From assembly GCA_951406725.2 (NCBI GenBank), contig OX597827.1:55738001-55802000 (forward strand): a DNA stretch of 64,000 nt, in the 5' to 3' direction. Both the position numbers and the translations under genes were made by a program. The stretch is from Octopus vulgaris. Lineage: Eukaryota. Below the pieces are notes generated by a model. It ran no database searches and was not told the DNA's origin. It worked only from the letters and a program-made list of their open reading frames with translations. Below are positions 10,999 to 24,200 of this stretch, one piece after another. Position 1 is the first letter of the stretch. Each line of letters begins with the position of its first letter.

Positions 10999-11886
10999 AT
11001 GCGTGTGTGTGCATGCGTGTTTGTGTCTGTCTGTGTGCATGCAAAATGCCTATTTCAGTTTCTGTCTGCCAAATCCACTCAGAAGACTTTCATCGATCTG
11101 GGATGATAGTAGAAGACAGTTTCCCAAGATGCCATGCAGTGGGGATGAACTAATATTATTCAATGTCTCTTTTCATTAACGTATTATGGTGTGATTTGAG
11201 AGTGAGTTGGCTGTTATATCTAGCAAGTTAATTGACCATGTAGAAGCTCCCTTGTTGGCTCATCAGTCTTCTAGTTATACTGTCGGGAAGAGTTGCATCC
11301 AATAATCAGTTTTACAGCACTGCAGTGAGTCGAACTTCCACTGTTACACCTACTTATAGCTAAAACAACAATGTCATTGGAAGCTCAAATGTCTTTGCTA
11401 TAGTGAGAAGAGACACGAGCAGTCTGCAAGCCAACACTCTAGCAGCTCAGCCATCTAGTCCTCATTAACATCACATACAGGGACTTTAATATACGAGCAA
11501 GAAATGCAAGTCAAGAGTGAAGTGGCATTGCAGCATTAGCACCTATATATCATACAAATTGATAACCAGTTCGGTCAGATAAAGATCTTACCAGCTATTG
11601 ACTAATAGTTTTAATAAAGCAGGTTTATATTTTACGTGCTTTATACCAAAAATCAATATTTTATACGCACTCTGCACTGAATATTTATAGATCATTTTAT
11701 CAATATTGTCTCATCATCATCATCATCATCATCATTTAACATCCATTTTCCATGCTGGCATCGGTTGGACGGTTTTACTGGCACTGGTCCAGCTGGAGAG
11801 AAGTTCCAGAGTTCAATTTCCTGTTTTGGCATGGTTTCTATGACTGGATGTCCTTCTTAATGTCAACCACTTGACAGAATCTACTT

Positions 11887-12130
11887 GGTGCTTTTTATGT
11901 GACACCAGCATGGGTGCTTTTTACATGACATCAGCATGGATGCATTTTACAGGATATTGGCATGGGTGCTTTTTATGTGGCACCAGCAAGGGTACATTTT
12001 GTGTAGCACTGGCATAGCTGCTGTTTACGTAACACTGGCACAGGTACTTTTTATGTGGCACTAACACAAGAACTTTTTTACATGGCACTGGCATGAGTGC
12101 ATATTACATGGAACCAGCACAGGTGTTTTT
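11887..12130. repeat. Degenerate 26-bp tandem array (~9 units) inside an RTE 3'-end repeat
   Basis: Consensus GGTGCTTTTTAYRTGGCACYRGCAYR, head-to-tail. Related ~5-unit array at 43098-43222. Confidence 0.85.
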
Positions 12131-13740
12131 CACACACACACACACACACACACATCATCATCATCATCAATTAGCATCTACTTTTCCATACTTGGATGGG
12201 TCAGATGGAATTCACTGATGCAGATTTTCTACAATCAGATGCACTTCCTATTGCCAACCTTTTTCTCCAAGCAAGGTATTAATTTCCCTATCAGATCAAC
12301 AGCCCATGGCTATATAATCTGGCATATACTTAATATGGAAAAGTTGTGTCCACCTAGGCAAGATTCGAAACTGCAGCCACAACGCTCATTATGATTGCCA
12401 GCTACTTCTTTCTGAAAACCTAAATGTTCAAGAGGATTTTAAAATTAAAACTGTATGCTGGTGAGTAGATTATACTGCTACTGAGCCATTGTGAAACTTC
12501 TCTGAAATCTGGCCTGTCTACCTTGTACTACTTAAAGGGAATTTTACTATCATATCCCTTGTACTGTCCAACTCATGTCAGCATGGAGAACAGATGTTAA
12601 ATGATGATGATGATATCATCACCCAACAGAGTTTGCTCTTTGTCTCCTCTATCACCATCATAACAATATTTGTTCTTTTGAATTACTTTCTGTGTACATG
12701 ACCTCACTAAAACCCTCTTAGTGTATCTACACTTCCTTGCTTATTAGCTTTTCTGAGTCTCCACTCTCCTAGACTCCATCTGAATTCTCTCCACAGAACT
12801 ATGTACACATCTCTGAAATGCTTGACCAGATCAATAGTAGGGAGACAGGGTAGTAATATATATAAAGCTTGGGAGCAGCTCACATGTCCAGCAGTGATTA
12901 TAAGTAGATATACAATTCACAACACATCTGTTTGGGTCAAAAATCGTCATAATATGACCAGTGTTCTAACTGTTGGTCATCCTGTTTTTCTTCTGGGAAA
13001 TGTTGCTCTAAAATCTAGACTTGAGATATACAATTTCAATTTGTTGAGAGATTTGGCTTCTATACAGAATATGCTGAATAATTAAGTAGATCTCTTGCTG
13101 GCCTGTGTACCATAGTATTAGCATAAAGTGTTATGCTAACGCTATCCACATTATAAGATGACCCGCCAACTCTTGATTGTTTTAATATCTATGTTAATAG
13201 TGATGTCTAGCAGAACAGAGATAAATCAAGTAGCTTTTTCACTGACTAGATGTCCTTCTTAATTGCAACAAATTAGTCATCATCATTATATTTTTGAATG
13301 ATGATAAAGAACCATAAATAATAAAGTAATAGCTAGAAGATAATTGCTGATCTAATTAACCTGCCTTCAGGAAATGCTTCAGATAATACAAACTTGAAAT
13401 ATTAAGAAAATATAATGAAGAAATATGTAACTTTTCTACATAGAAGCACAGGAGCTGAATGAATAACTAAGGTGTTAGCTTATTGACTGAAAGGTCAATG
13501 GTTTACATCCCCACTCTTACAATGGTATATGTGTGCTGTGGAAAAAATATTCAACTTTCTGAAGTTCAGTTCACTAAGATATAAAGTACCATAGTAAAAG
13601 TACAGTTTACTACCTTAAGTAGCAGACGACAAACAAAGTGTTACCTTAGCTTGCAGTATTGAGTTCAAAACCTCATGTGGGTCTGAGATATCAAACAAAA
13701 CCACTGTAGTGCATGCCTTCCTTGAATACCTTTCTACATA

Positions 13741-14154
13741 CTCTTTTTACTCTTTACTCTCTTACTTGTTTCAGTCATTTGACTGTGGCCATGCTGGAGC
13801 ACTGCCTTTAGTCGAGCAAATCGACCCCAGGACTTATTCTTTGTAAGCCTAGTAATTATTCTATCATTCTCTTTTGCCGAACTGCTAAGTTTCAAGGATG
13901 TAAACACACCAACATCGATTGTCAAGCGATGTTGGGGGGACAAACACAGACACACAAACATATACACACACACACATATATACATATATACGATGGAATT
14001 CTTTCAGTTTCTGTCTACCAAATCCACTCACAAGGCTTTGGTCGGCCTGAGGCTATAGTAGAAGACACTTGGCCAAGGTGCCACGCAGTGGGACTGAACC
14101 CGGAAACATGTGGCTTGTAAGCAAACTACTTACCACACAGCTACTCCTACACCT
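13741..14154 (-). mobile_element. SINE family A, full length
   Basis: Same head, core and tail as 7030-7431. Confidence 0.9.
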
Positions 14155-14204
14155 ACAGAAGCCTACATAGAGACAAAGCTTTAAGTAGCAGTCTACTCAT
14201 TTAA

Positions 14205-14404
14205 CCCTTTAGCATTTAAACCAACCATATCTGACCAAAATATTCTGTTTTATGCTCAAACTGATCAGATCTAGTCTCTCACACCAACCCTACAATATTA
14301 ATCTAAAAATTAACAGTTACCTCAGCAGAATCTCAAAGCTACAATTCAAAACAATGTGAATAAATAAGCATTACTTTAGAGAGAAAAATGTAAATGCTAT
14401 GGAG
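14205..14404. mobile_element. piggyBac-like MITE (TTAA flanks)
   Basis: TTAA|CCCTTTAGCATT...AATGCTATGGAG|TTAA. Related copies at ~27681-28483 (interrupted) and 41915-42128. A different TTAA/CCCTTT element lies at 39767-40012. Confidence 0.65.
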
Positions 14405-14557
14405 TTAAAGAGGCATTACATGAAATTTTGTGTCATGCAGTGGTACATACTTCAGTTGAAAGGGTACACAGAATATATGCAGTGAACTAGTGATTGATCT
14501 GTTGGAAACCTGCAACCAATGATGGTGTTGTTCGCAAAATATGATATAAATATATAT

Positions 14558-14937
14558 GAACCACATGGTTCCAGGTTCAGTCCCACTACATGGCACCTGG
14601 GGCGAGTGTCTTCTACTATAGCCTCCGGCCGACCAAAGCCTTGTGAGTGGATTTGGTAGACGGAAACTGAAAGAAGCCCGTCGTATATATGTATATATAT
14701 ATATATGTATGTATGTATGTATGTGTGTGTATATGTCTGTGTGTCTGTGTTTGTCCCCCCCAACATCACTTGACAACCGATGCTGGTGTGTTTATGTCCC
14801 CATAACTTAGCAGTTCGGCAAAAGAACCGATAGAATAAGTACTAGGCTTACAAAGAATAAGTCCTGGGGTCGATTTGCTCGACCCCCAGCATGGCCACAG
14901 CCACATGGCTGAAACAAGTAAAAGAGTAAAAAGAGTA
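14558..14937 (+). mobile_element. SINE family A, 5'-clipped, inverted relative to 13741-14154
   Basis: AACCACATGGTTCCAGGTTCAGTCCC...GAAACAAGTAAAAGAGTAAAAAGAG. Confidence 0.9.
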
Positions 14938-16329
14938 TAAAAAATACTTAGAATAATGCTTAAAGCAATAAAAAAGATTAACAGGAGAGTTAGATATGTG
15001 AATGGGCAAAATATATAAAAATTGGTTGGAATGGAGAAAAGAAATAGTAAAATGGTTTTTGTTAAGAATTACAAGCTTTACATTAACTGAATAAGACAGA
15101 GAAGGCACTGTATAAAAGTGGATTGTTTATTGATGGAAGTCAGTTGAATGCAAAAGTAAAAAGCAAGCAAGGCAAACAGCAAGAGTGTGTTGCCAGCTAA
15201 CACAAAAGATATTAAACGAACAAGGTGAAATCAAAGGCATTAAGGAAATTAGCTTGATGAAATGTAGCAAGTCAACTATAACATTTGAAAATGTTATGGA
15301 GCATAGCTAAGTTTTAGATCATTAAACAAATTCCTTCACTGACAAAATCATAATTAAATATAAACAGCATTGGCTGCCAGTCAGATTGGAGGGTCAGTGC
15401 ATATATTTTTATTTGTTAAGAGGTTAGGCTGATGATATAACTCGTTGCAGTATCTAGTTAACAGAAATACAATGGAGTGATTAAAAAAAAAAAAAGTGGA
15501 ACAACCCTGAGAGAGAGAGAGAGAACAGGAGGAAGAATTAGCAGGTAAGTATGTAGGCAGACAGGTAGATAGATATACAGAAACAGGTGAATAGATGGAA
15601 TTAAATAAATACAGCCAGTGTTCGTGAGAGAGAGAGTATGAAAGATAGAGGAAACATGAAGGAATAACAAAAGTGAAAGAAATATTTGTTTTGTTTTTTT
15701 TAATGTACCTATATAGACATTTTTATTTAACTCCTACTTCTCTCTGATATTATTGAATTTATGAGAACATAGGAAGTAGAATACAGCGGAGTGTTGCTTT
15801 TGGAATTGATAGTGCTTAGAGGAAAATAATATTACTGCAAGAAGGCAGTGAACCGGCAGAATTGTTACCACGCTGGGCAAAATGTTTAGCAGCATTTCAT
15901 CTGTCCTTGCATTCTGAGTTCAAATTCCACCAAAATTGACTTTGCCTTTCATCCTCTCGAGGTCAATAAAATAAGTACCAATTAAGCACTGAGGTTGATG
16001 TAACTGACTTACCCCATCTCCCAAAATTGCTGGCCTTATGCCAAAATTTGAAACCAATATTAATGCAAAAAGAGCAATTTTAATATTGTTAACATGGGAA
16101 TATTTAATCCAGTCATTTGCAATATTGTTTGTGAAGTCTAAGAGTTCCAGGACTTGTAAGACCAAAACTTAAAATGGTTTCTACGGAGTATAAGAGACTG
16201 ATGCACAATACTCCCTTTGAAGAGGGCACAAGTCCTTTGCTGGGTTAGCTTTCCAGTTATTGCTGGAACTCATTTAAAGCTGAGTGGACTGCAGCAACAT
16301 GAAACAAAGTGTTTTGCTCAAGAACCCAC

Positions 16330-17090
16330 TATGCAAACCCTATGAAACAAAGAAACATGTACAGAACTTCATGCACTGCATGCAATTCTCTGGATATAAC
16401 CAAAAACATAGGGTTCGGGTATACAGGGAAGCTAAAAAGAAGTTAGATAGCATTATAAGTAATGAAACCAGTTGTACCTGCCCTAGATAAAGAAGTAAAA
16501 ACTGGAATAGGATACAAAGAGTTTGTGACAAAGCAAACAAGGTAAGCATGTGGTACAATACTGAAAAATATCATGGAGAACTAACCTGAAGATTTAGGAA
16601 AGCTCTGAAGGAGGCCAAACCCAACATTAAAATTGTTGTGGTATTCTCAAAGGGGTATGTCCTACATAGTTGTGATCTGATGGAGCTTTGAGAATACCAC
16701 ATGCACCAATGATAACTGCATGGTATGTAAGATTAACCCTGGCATTAACTGTAGAACTAGAAATGTAGTCTACAGCATAAGGTACATAGAAGGTGCTTGT
16801 AAAGACAAGAACATGATATACATAGGTGAGACATCAAGAAGCATTGTGGAGAGACTAAATAAACATTTGAGACAATATAATGACAGAAAATAGTCCTCCA
16901 TACTCTACTAACATACTAAAGACCAACATGGAGGCATACTGGGTCAACTTGACATCCACATTTTATCCAAGCACCCAAAGGACCCAACATTCAGACAAGT
17001 ACAGGAGTACATTCTCATAAATGAAACATCCCCAGTACTAAATAGGAAATATACGGAGAAGGTAGTCATACCCAAATACCCTCAGTTTAT
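16330..17090 (+). mobile_element. Penelope-like element remnant (RT thumb plus GIY-YIG endonuclease)
   Basis: FMHCMQFSGYNQKHR, then from 16750 CRTRNVVYSIRYIEGACKDKNMIYIGETSRSIVERLNKHLRQY...PTFRQVQEYILINETSPVLNRK. VVY..YIG-R motif present, internal stops. Confidence 0.85.
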
Positions 17091-17448
17091 ATATACACAG
17101 GTAGAGTTGTAAGTAGGCAGTTATGTAGATGTGTGTGTATATATATATGTGCGTGTGTATGTGTACGTGAATAGATATGTAAGTAGATAGATAGATAAAT
17201 AGGTACATAGATAATACAGACAGATAAGCACAGACACACGCATACATACACAAATGACGACTGAAACACATGACCATATACACACTCACACACTTCATAC
17301 ACACACACAAGGACACATGGAGACACACATCCATACATATAGTCACACAAACCCATACACATAAACACACTCAAACAGGCACACAAGGAGACAGAGGTAC
17401 ATGCACAAATACACATACATAGAAACACATGAATATGCAGAATACATA

Positions 17449-17765
17449 CAAACGTACACACATGTATACACACACACACACAAACGTACACACATGTATA
17501 CACACACACACACAAACGTACACACATGTATACACACACACACACAAACGTACACACATGTATACACACACACACACACAAACGTACACACATGTATACA
17601 CACACACACACACAAACGTACACACATGTATACACACACACACACAAACGTACACACATGTATACACACACACACACACATACGTACACACATGTATACA
17701 CACACACACACACATACGTACACACATGTATACACACACACACACACATACGTACACACATGTAT

Positions 17766-17782
<17 letters not shown>
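17449..17782. repeat. Compound minisatellite, 10 units of 32-34 bp
   Basis: Unit (A/T)ACGTACACACATGTATA(CA)6-8, followed by (TA)n. Source of several spurious ORFs. Confidence 0.95.
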
Positions 17783-17824
<42 letters not shown>

Positions 17825-20800
17825 TACATACACACACACACTACATACATATATACATGTTGTGCTTGATGTTTCTGACTTCATGGCATACAGGAAGTAA
17901 AATTACATTACTGAACATTGTAAGGGTAGTTAAAAAATGAAAAACAGTTAACCTTTAGAAAAAAAAAGAAAGTGTAGAAAACTATCACTTGTCTCATTTT
18001 AATGATTGTATTTGCGTATAACAAAATTGTAACACATTTTTCAAGAATATTCAAGTATTAGTATGAGCTTTCTAAAACATTAAATTAGATTTTTAAAACC
18101 CTATGGTGCACCTGCATAATTCTTTGTGGTATATCAGTGTACCTTGGTGCAAGATATATATATATAATTATAAACATAATTATAATTCGGGGTCAGCTAA
18201 TTGCTTGCTTTAATTATTAATTAATTAATTTTACCTTTTTATTATATATATATATATATCTTTTAATCATTTACTTGTTTCAGTTATCAGACTGCAGCCA
18301 TGCTGGGGCATCAGCCTGGAGAATTTTTAGTAGAATGAGTTGATCCTCAGTACTTTTTTTTAAAAGCCTGGTACTTATTATATCAGGCTCTTTTACTGAG
18401 CTGCTAAGTTACAGAGATGTAAAAACAACAACACTAGTTATCAAGCAGTGGTGAGAAACATCCTCAGACACATACACACATATGTATACGATGGGTTTCT
18501 TTCAATTTTCATGTACCAAATCCACTCACAAGACCCAGAACCCAGAACCATATGGCTGGGAAGCGAACTTCTTACAGCCACGCTTATATATGTATATATA
18601 TATCATCATCATCATCATTGTTTAACGTCAGCTTTCCATGCTAGCATGGGTTGGACGGTTCAACTGGGGTCTGGGAAGCCAGAAGGCTGCACCAGGCCCA
18701 GTCTGATCTGGCAGTCTTTCTACAGCTGGATGCCCTTCCTAACGCCAACCACTCTGTGAGTGTAGTGGGTGCTTTTTACGTGCCAGACGAGGCAGGCAAA
18801 CGGCCACAATTGGATGGTGCTTTTTACGTGCCACCAGCATGGAGACCAGACGAAGCTGGCAAAGGCCACGAATCGGATGATGCTTTTTATGTGATATATA
18901 TATATACATGCATATATATGTATATCAGTGACTTGACACAGAACAATATATCTTGCTGCCACATTTCTTTTTTAATTTCTTTCCTCTGTACATCTATTTC
19001 TAATTATCAAATTTTCTGAAGAGCTTGAAATGTCAAAGACACTTTCACATTCTTAGTCATTCATTCGTTCATTTATTAACATACGACAGTCACCACTGCC
19101 AAAACCACCAATGCTCTAACAATTCTGTCAGTCCGCAACCAAAATAAATTTCTAATTTAGCCACAAGGCCAACAGTTTGGAGGGGAGGGGATGGGCTAGT
19201 CAGTTTCATTGACTCAAGTACTTAATTAATATTTAATTTAATTAACCTCAAAAGAACAAAAGGCAAAGATGACTTTGGTAAGGTTTGAACTCTGAATGTA
19301 AAGAATCAGGAAAAAGTATCACAAGGCATTTTTTTCTGACATTTTAATGACCCTGCACACATACTACGTAAAGTTACTGTCTGTCTGAGGTCCTTGTTTT
19401 GACTTGACAGACAGTACAAACCACCTCTGGTAGACACAATATCTTCAATCAACAACATCATGGTATTGGAAACTGTGATGTCTTAAATGATAATGATAAT
19501 GATAATAATCCTTTTAACTGGAGGCACAAGGCCTCAAATTTGTGGGGTGGGGACTAGTAGATTACATTGACCCCCGGTGTTACACTGGTACTTAATTTAT
19601 CAACCCCCAAAAGGATCAAAGGCGAAGTTGACCTCAGCGGAATTTGAACTCAGCACGGAGACATAGGCGAAATACTGCTAAGCATTTAGCCTGGTGTGCT
19701 AACAATTCTGCCAGCTCACCACCTAATAATGAGAATAATAGTATCAAATTTTGACACAAGGCTAGCAATTTCAGGGGAAGAATAAATGTCTGGTAAATTA
19801 TGAGAGATAACAATGAAGGACAAATTTAATGAGCATGTTTAGAAGATAAAACTGGAATATGAGAGATTCAAAAAGAGCTTTGCTAGAGATATAGTAGATG
19901 ATGAGGAAAATGAGAGGGAGAGTAAGAGCAAGTGTCCACCTCTCCCTGAAAAAGAAAAAAAAAACAATGGTTCACCAAACGAGTAACTTAATTAGGTGAA
20001 TCTGAAATGCTAAATTATTATTAATCTCCACCCCTTATTAGCCAGATATTTCATATTTCTTTCACTTCCTAACACATTTTAAAAATCAGATACAATGTCA
20101 AGTTTCTTTACAGGTTGGTTGGTTCTGAAAATTGAGAACAATTGTGTATATAAATTGTTGGAGTTTACGTTTTAAATTTCACACCCTTCTATCAACTCTG
20201 AAGTGGAAACTAATTATTTGCAATTATTTACACTGATGTAATTAATTAGTGTGTCGTGGCTTTTCTAAACATTCAGCAACAAATAACTGAGGAAATACAA
20301 TAGCCGAGTGGATAAGATGCAACTCTTGCAGCTGAAGATGAGTTTATATTCTATCACTGGAACTGTAATGCATCAAGGGTTAAGCTTTATATTGTTCCTA
20401 TCCTATGAATGGTAATTTGGACCTAAACAGTGATAGAATTACATGCCATGGTGTTGTGTCTGGAGAGAGTCATTTTCTTTTTGTGCCTTATAATTTAACA
20501 CACTCACTGGTAAAATTTCCACTTATTTCTTATTTTTATTTTCCTAAAATTTTCATTGCATCTTGCAACCTTTTCAATATTCAACAGAATATGCTGCAAC
20601 ACACAAACTCATATAAAGAATCTTGCAAACTAAATCCAAAAACGAAATACATGTAATGGTGTTCATAATACAAAGATATACAGCATATATCTCTCCTATT
20701 TACTAAATTCTCAGATTTATTTAAACCTTCAATTTCTAAACTAATGAACACTAACTAACTTTTACCAGGTTCTTGCCAATCAAAATTAACTTGCTTATTC

Positions 20801-20829
20801 ATTATGGTCATGAATGTTGGGTAATGACT

Positions 20830-21215
20830 AAAAGAATATGATTGCAAATACAAGCAGCCAAAATGGGGTTCCTCCAAAGGAACTCTGGAGTAATGTTACT
20901 CAGTGGGATGTGTATCTCAAAGAACAGGGAGTCTCTCCAGGTCAAGCTACTACTTCTCTGCATTGAGAGATCATGGCTCTTACTATGGACATGTGATTAG
21001 AATTGCAAGATGAATTCTTCAAACCAAGCTACCTAGGAGTAAACCAAGAATAAGATGCTTGGATAATATCAATAGCCTCAGTTGGTTACATTTAGGAATC
21101 CAGCTGGATAGACTAATGACAGTTGCTGCTGATAGGATCATATGGAGGAGATGCCTGAAGACTACCCTCATGAGCCATCAAAAGAAAAAGACAGGAATAG
21201 TTAGCAGAGAAGATG
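20830..21215 (+). mobile_element. Old RTE-like LINE 3' remnant
   Basis: Degenerate RTE C-terminal signatures (YGHVIR...; AADRIIWRRCL). Homologous to the split copy at ~29120-29166 and 30103-30340. Confidence 0.55.
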
Positions 21216-24200
21216 AGTGGATATATGGATATTTATTTCGGTTACAATTGTATAGTTCATTCCTTTATCATGCTGAGTCTTACAATACATGACATACGTA
21301 TTTTACTGTTTTACATATTTATGCTACCAAGGGTGAGATGATTTGTCACAGATTTGAATGGTTGCATAGTTGCTGCAGTCACTTCTGAAACAGTTAAATT
21401 CCCTTTCCAGTGCTAGCTACACAATTATAAAGTAAAATTGGCACATGTTTGTCAGTGCAGTAGATTGTCAAAAAAAGCATTATAATGCTTGACTAAATAG
21501 GCAACACAAGGTTATATGCTGTAAATAGCAGGCACAATGTATCTGTAGTAGTATTGAACTTACGGTTATGCAGTCAGTAGTACAACATGTTTAACCTCTG
21601 AGCCATTGTGCTTTACTCATATAAATGAATATAAGTATAAATATTTAATACAATATATAAAATTGATTAAGTATTCTTGGCTGGAATTTGGAATTTAGAA
21701 GATACTGAGCTGCAGACAAACTAGAATGGCTATTTTTTTTGGAAAAATGCCAGAAAAATTATTGTTTCTTTTCAAATCTGGTTATTAAATTTAGAGTATT
21801 TTTCAGATTTTGGCAAATGGTTTTTGTAATGAATTTTGGTAAAATTTCCAGAAATCTTTTATTACTTAATCCAATTGCAAAAGATAATTTAAATAAAATA
21901 TTTACTTTGCATTAAGCTGTTGATAATCTAAAGAAAACTAATTTAAATAACACTACATAATTAATGTTACTAAATAGCAACAAGAAAATAATTATAAGGA
22001 TAATGACAACCTAAAGAATGTCTTTACATGATGACTTAAGCAACTGATAATATCTATATATATAATATATATTAGTCATACCAATGTGTAATCTCTTCAT
22101 TGTAAAATTAAAGCTAAGAAATTAATCTCCCAGTTGTCATCAGAATTAGATCACAGCTACATACACTTCTAAACAGATGGTACCACTCACCTCCCCTGAA
22201 TAACCAGTCTAATACGGGTGTCTTTCACAAACAACGTAGACACCCCATGTCAACATTCACCACTGAAGATGACCTGGTTGTCAAAAGGACACACCAACCT
22301 AATCACCTTCAATGAGTCAAAATACAGTCACTACACAAATAAAAAAAAAAAAAAGAAGAAAAATCACATATGCAACTGTATACCTTTTACTTTCATGAAC
22401 ACCACATATCTAAACCTTTTTTTAAGTTTTACAATTATTAAGCCTTACAATCTCTGATAATCTCCCATCTTTATAATTTATTTTTACTTGTTTCAGTCAT
22501 TAGACTGCAGCCATGCTGGGGCATCGCCTTCAAGAAATTTTAGTTGACTGAATCAACCCCAGTACTTTTTTCCTAAGCCTGGTACTTATTCTACCAGTCT
22601 CTTTTGATGAAATGCTAAATTATGGGGAGAGTGCATCGAAAAGTTTGACTAATTGTCATCAGCATACGAAAAAAAATTAATACAAAACTGATGGTAATAA
22701 TGATTATATATTTAATCTTTCATATATATTCCTGACAATGGAAAGTATCTTATTAAATAACAATGAAAATATGCAGAAGGTAGAAATTCCAATAAAAATC
22801 TTCAGATATATTAAGCCAAAGAGCTTCTTTGTATCAACAGAATGAAATATAATTTCAAATCCAAAATCAGATCATATTTGGACCACTCAGACATTATAAG
22901 TATTAGAATGTTTATTAAACACAGATTTACCATACATCTGTTACAAGATGTTCTTTATACACAAATAGTAGCCAAAACTACAACTTATCTTTAAGTCTAC
23001 ATTTTGATTAAAAAGATTCCAGCTTTGACCATCCCACCATTCTGTAATCCGTAATCGATTTCCTTATTACCTTGGGAAAATTCTGAGTGATTCTCACCCC
23101 ATCCTTAAACATATACCTCCATATAATTTTTAATCAATTTACAGTTGCCCTAGCTGACAAATGTTTTAATTAATGCTAACGATGTTTCTTCTCATTATAA
23201 GTGTGATTTCAATCGATTAAAACTTATTTTTGGCTCACTACAATTAATGAGGAAATTTTTTTTTAATTTAGAAGTGAGTTCAAATTTCAATAAGGTCAAC
23301 TTTGCCTTTCACCTTTTTGGTACCATTAAAATAAGTACCATTTGAACACTGAGGTTGATTTGATCAACTAGTACCTTGTCCACCATAATTTCAGGCCTAG
23401 TATCATCATCATCATTTAGCGTCCGTTTTCCATGCTAGCATGTGTTAAAGAAAGAAAAATATCTAGAAGGGTGTGATTTGAGGGAGACTTTGCTGCTATT
23501 TCTCTACTTTTAACTGGCTGAGAGACCATACAATGACTAACAAATATTCGTTTCAAATTTTGGTACAAGGCCAGCAATTTTGGGGAAGCGGGTAAGTCAA
23601 TTACATTGACTCAAGTGCTTAATTGGTACTTATTTTATCAATCCTGAAAGGATGAAAGGCAAAGTCAACCTTAGTGGTATTTGAACTCAGAACATAAAGA
23701 CAGACAAAATGCCACTAAGCATTATATCAGATGTGCTAATGATTCTACCAGATTTCCACCTTAGCGAATAACAAATATTGAAAGTTAACTGGTAGAATTT
23801 TTAAGTTAATAAATTCTCTAAAATCAAAAATACAAATAAAGAAATGCTAATATGTAAGCTTTAACATTTCTACATTTGCATTAATAAGTTTAATATTTTA
23901 CTTTTGATTTCATCCAGGAAACAAAGCTTGCTTTTCAATTACACGGTTTTGGATTCAGACCCTTTGTGTGACATCAACTATAGCCTCGGGCTGACAAATG
24001 ACTTGCAAATGAATATGGCAGACAAACTTAGCAGTTTAGCAAAAGAGATTGACAGAATAAGTATTGAATTTTGATAAAAAAATAAGAGTACTGGAGTTGA
24101 TACATTCAACTAAAATTTTTCAAGGTGGTACCCCAGCATGGCCACAGTCTAATGAGTGAAGCAAGTAAAATATAAAAAAATAAATGATAAAAGATAGCTT

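Noticed and set aside
17038-17940. Long overlapping ORFs (up to 265 aa) rich in C/V/Y or H/T
   Set aside because: Translations of CA/TA micro- and minisatellites. The same applies to ORFs at 10.8-11.2, 26.7-27.3 and 62.1 kb.
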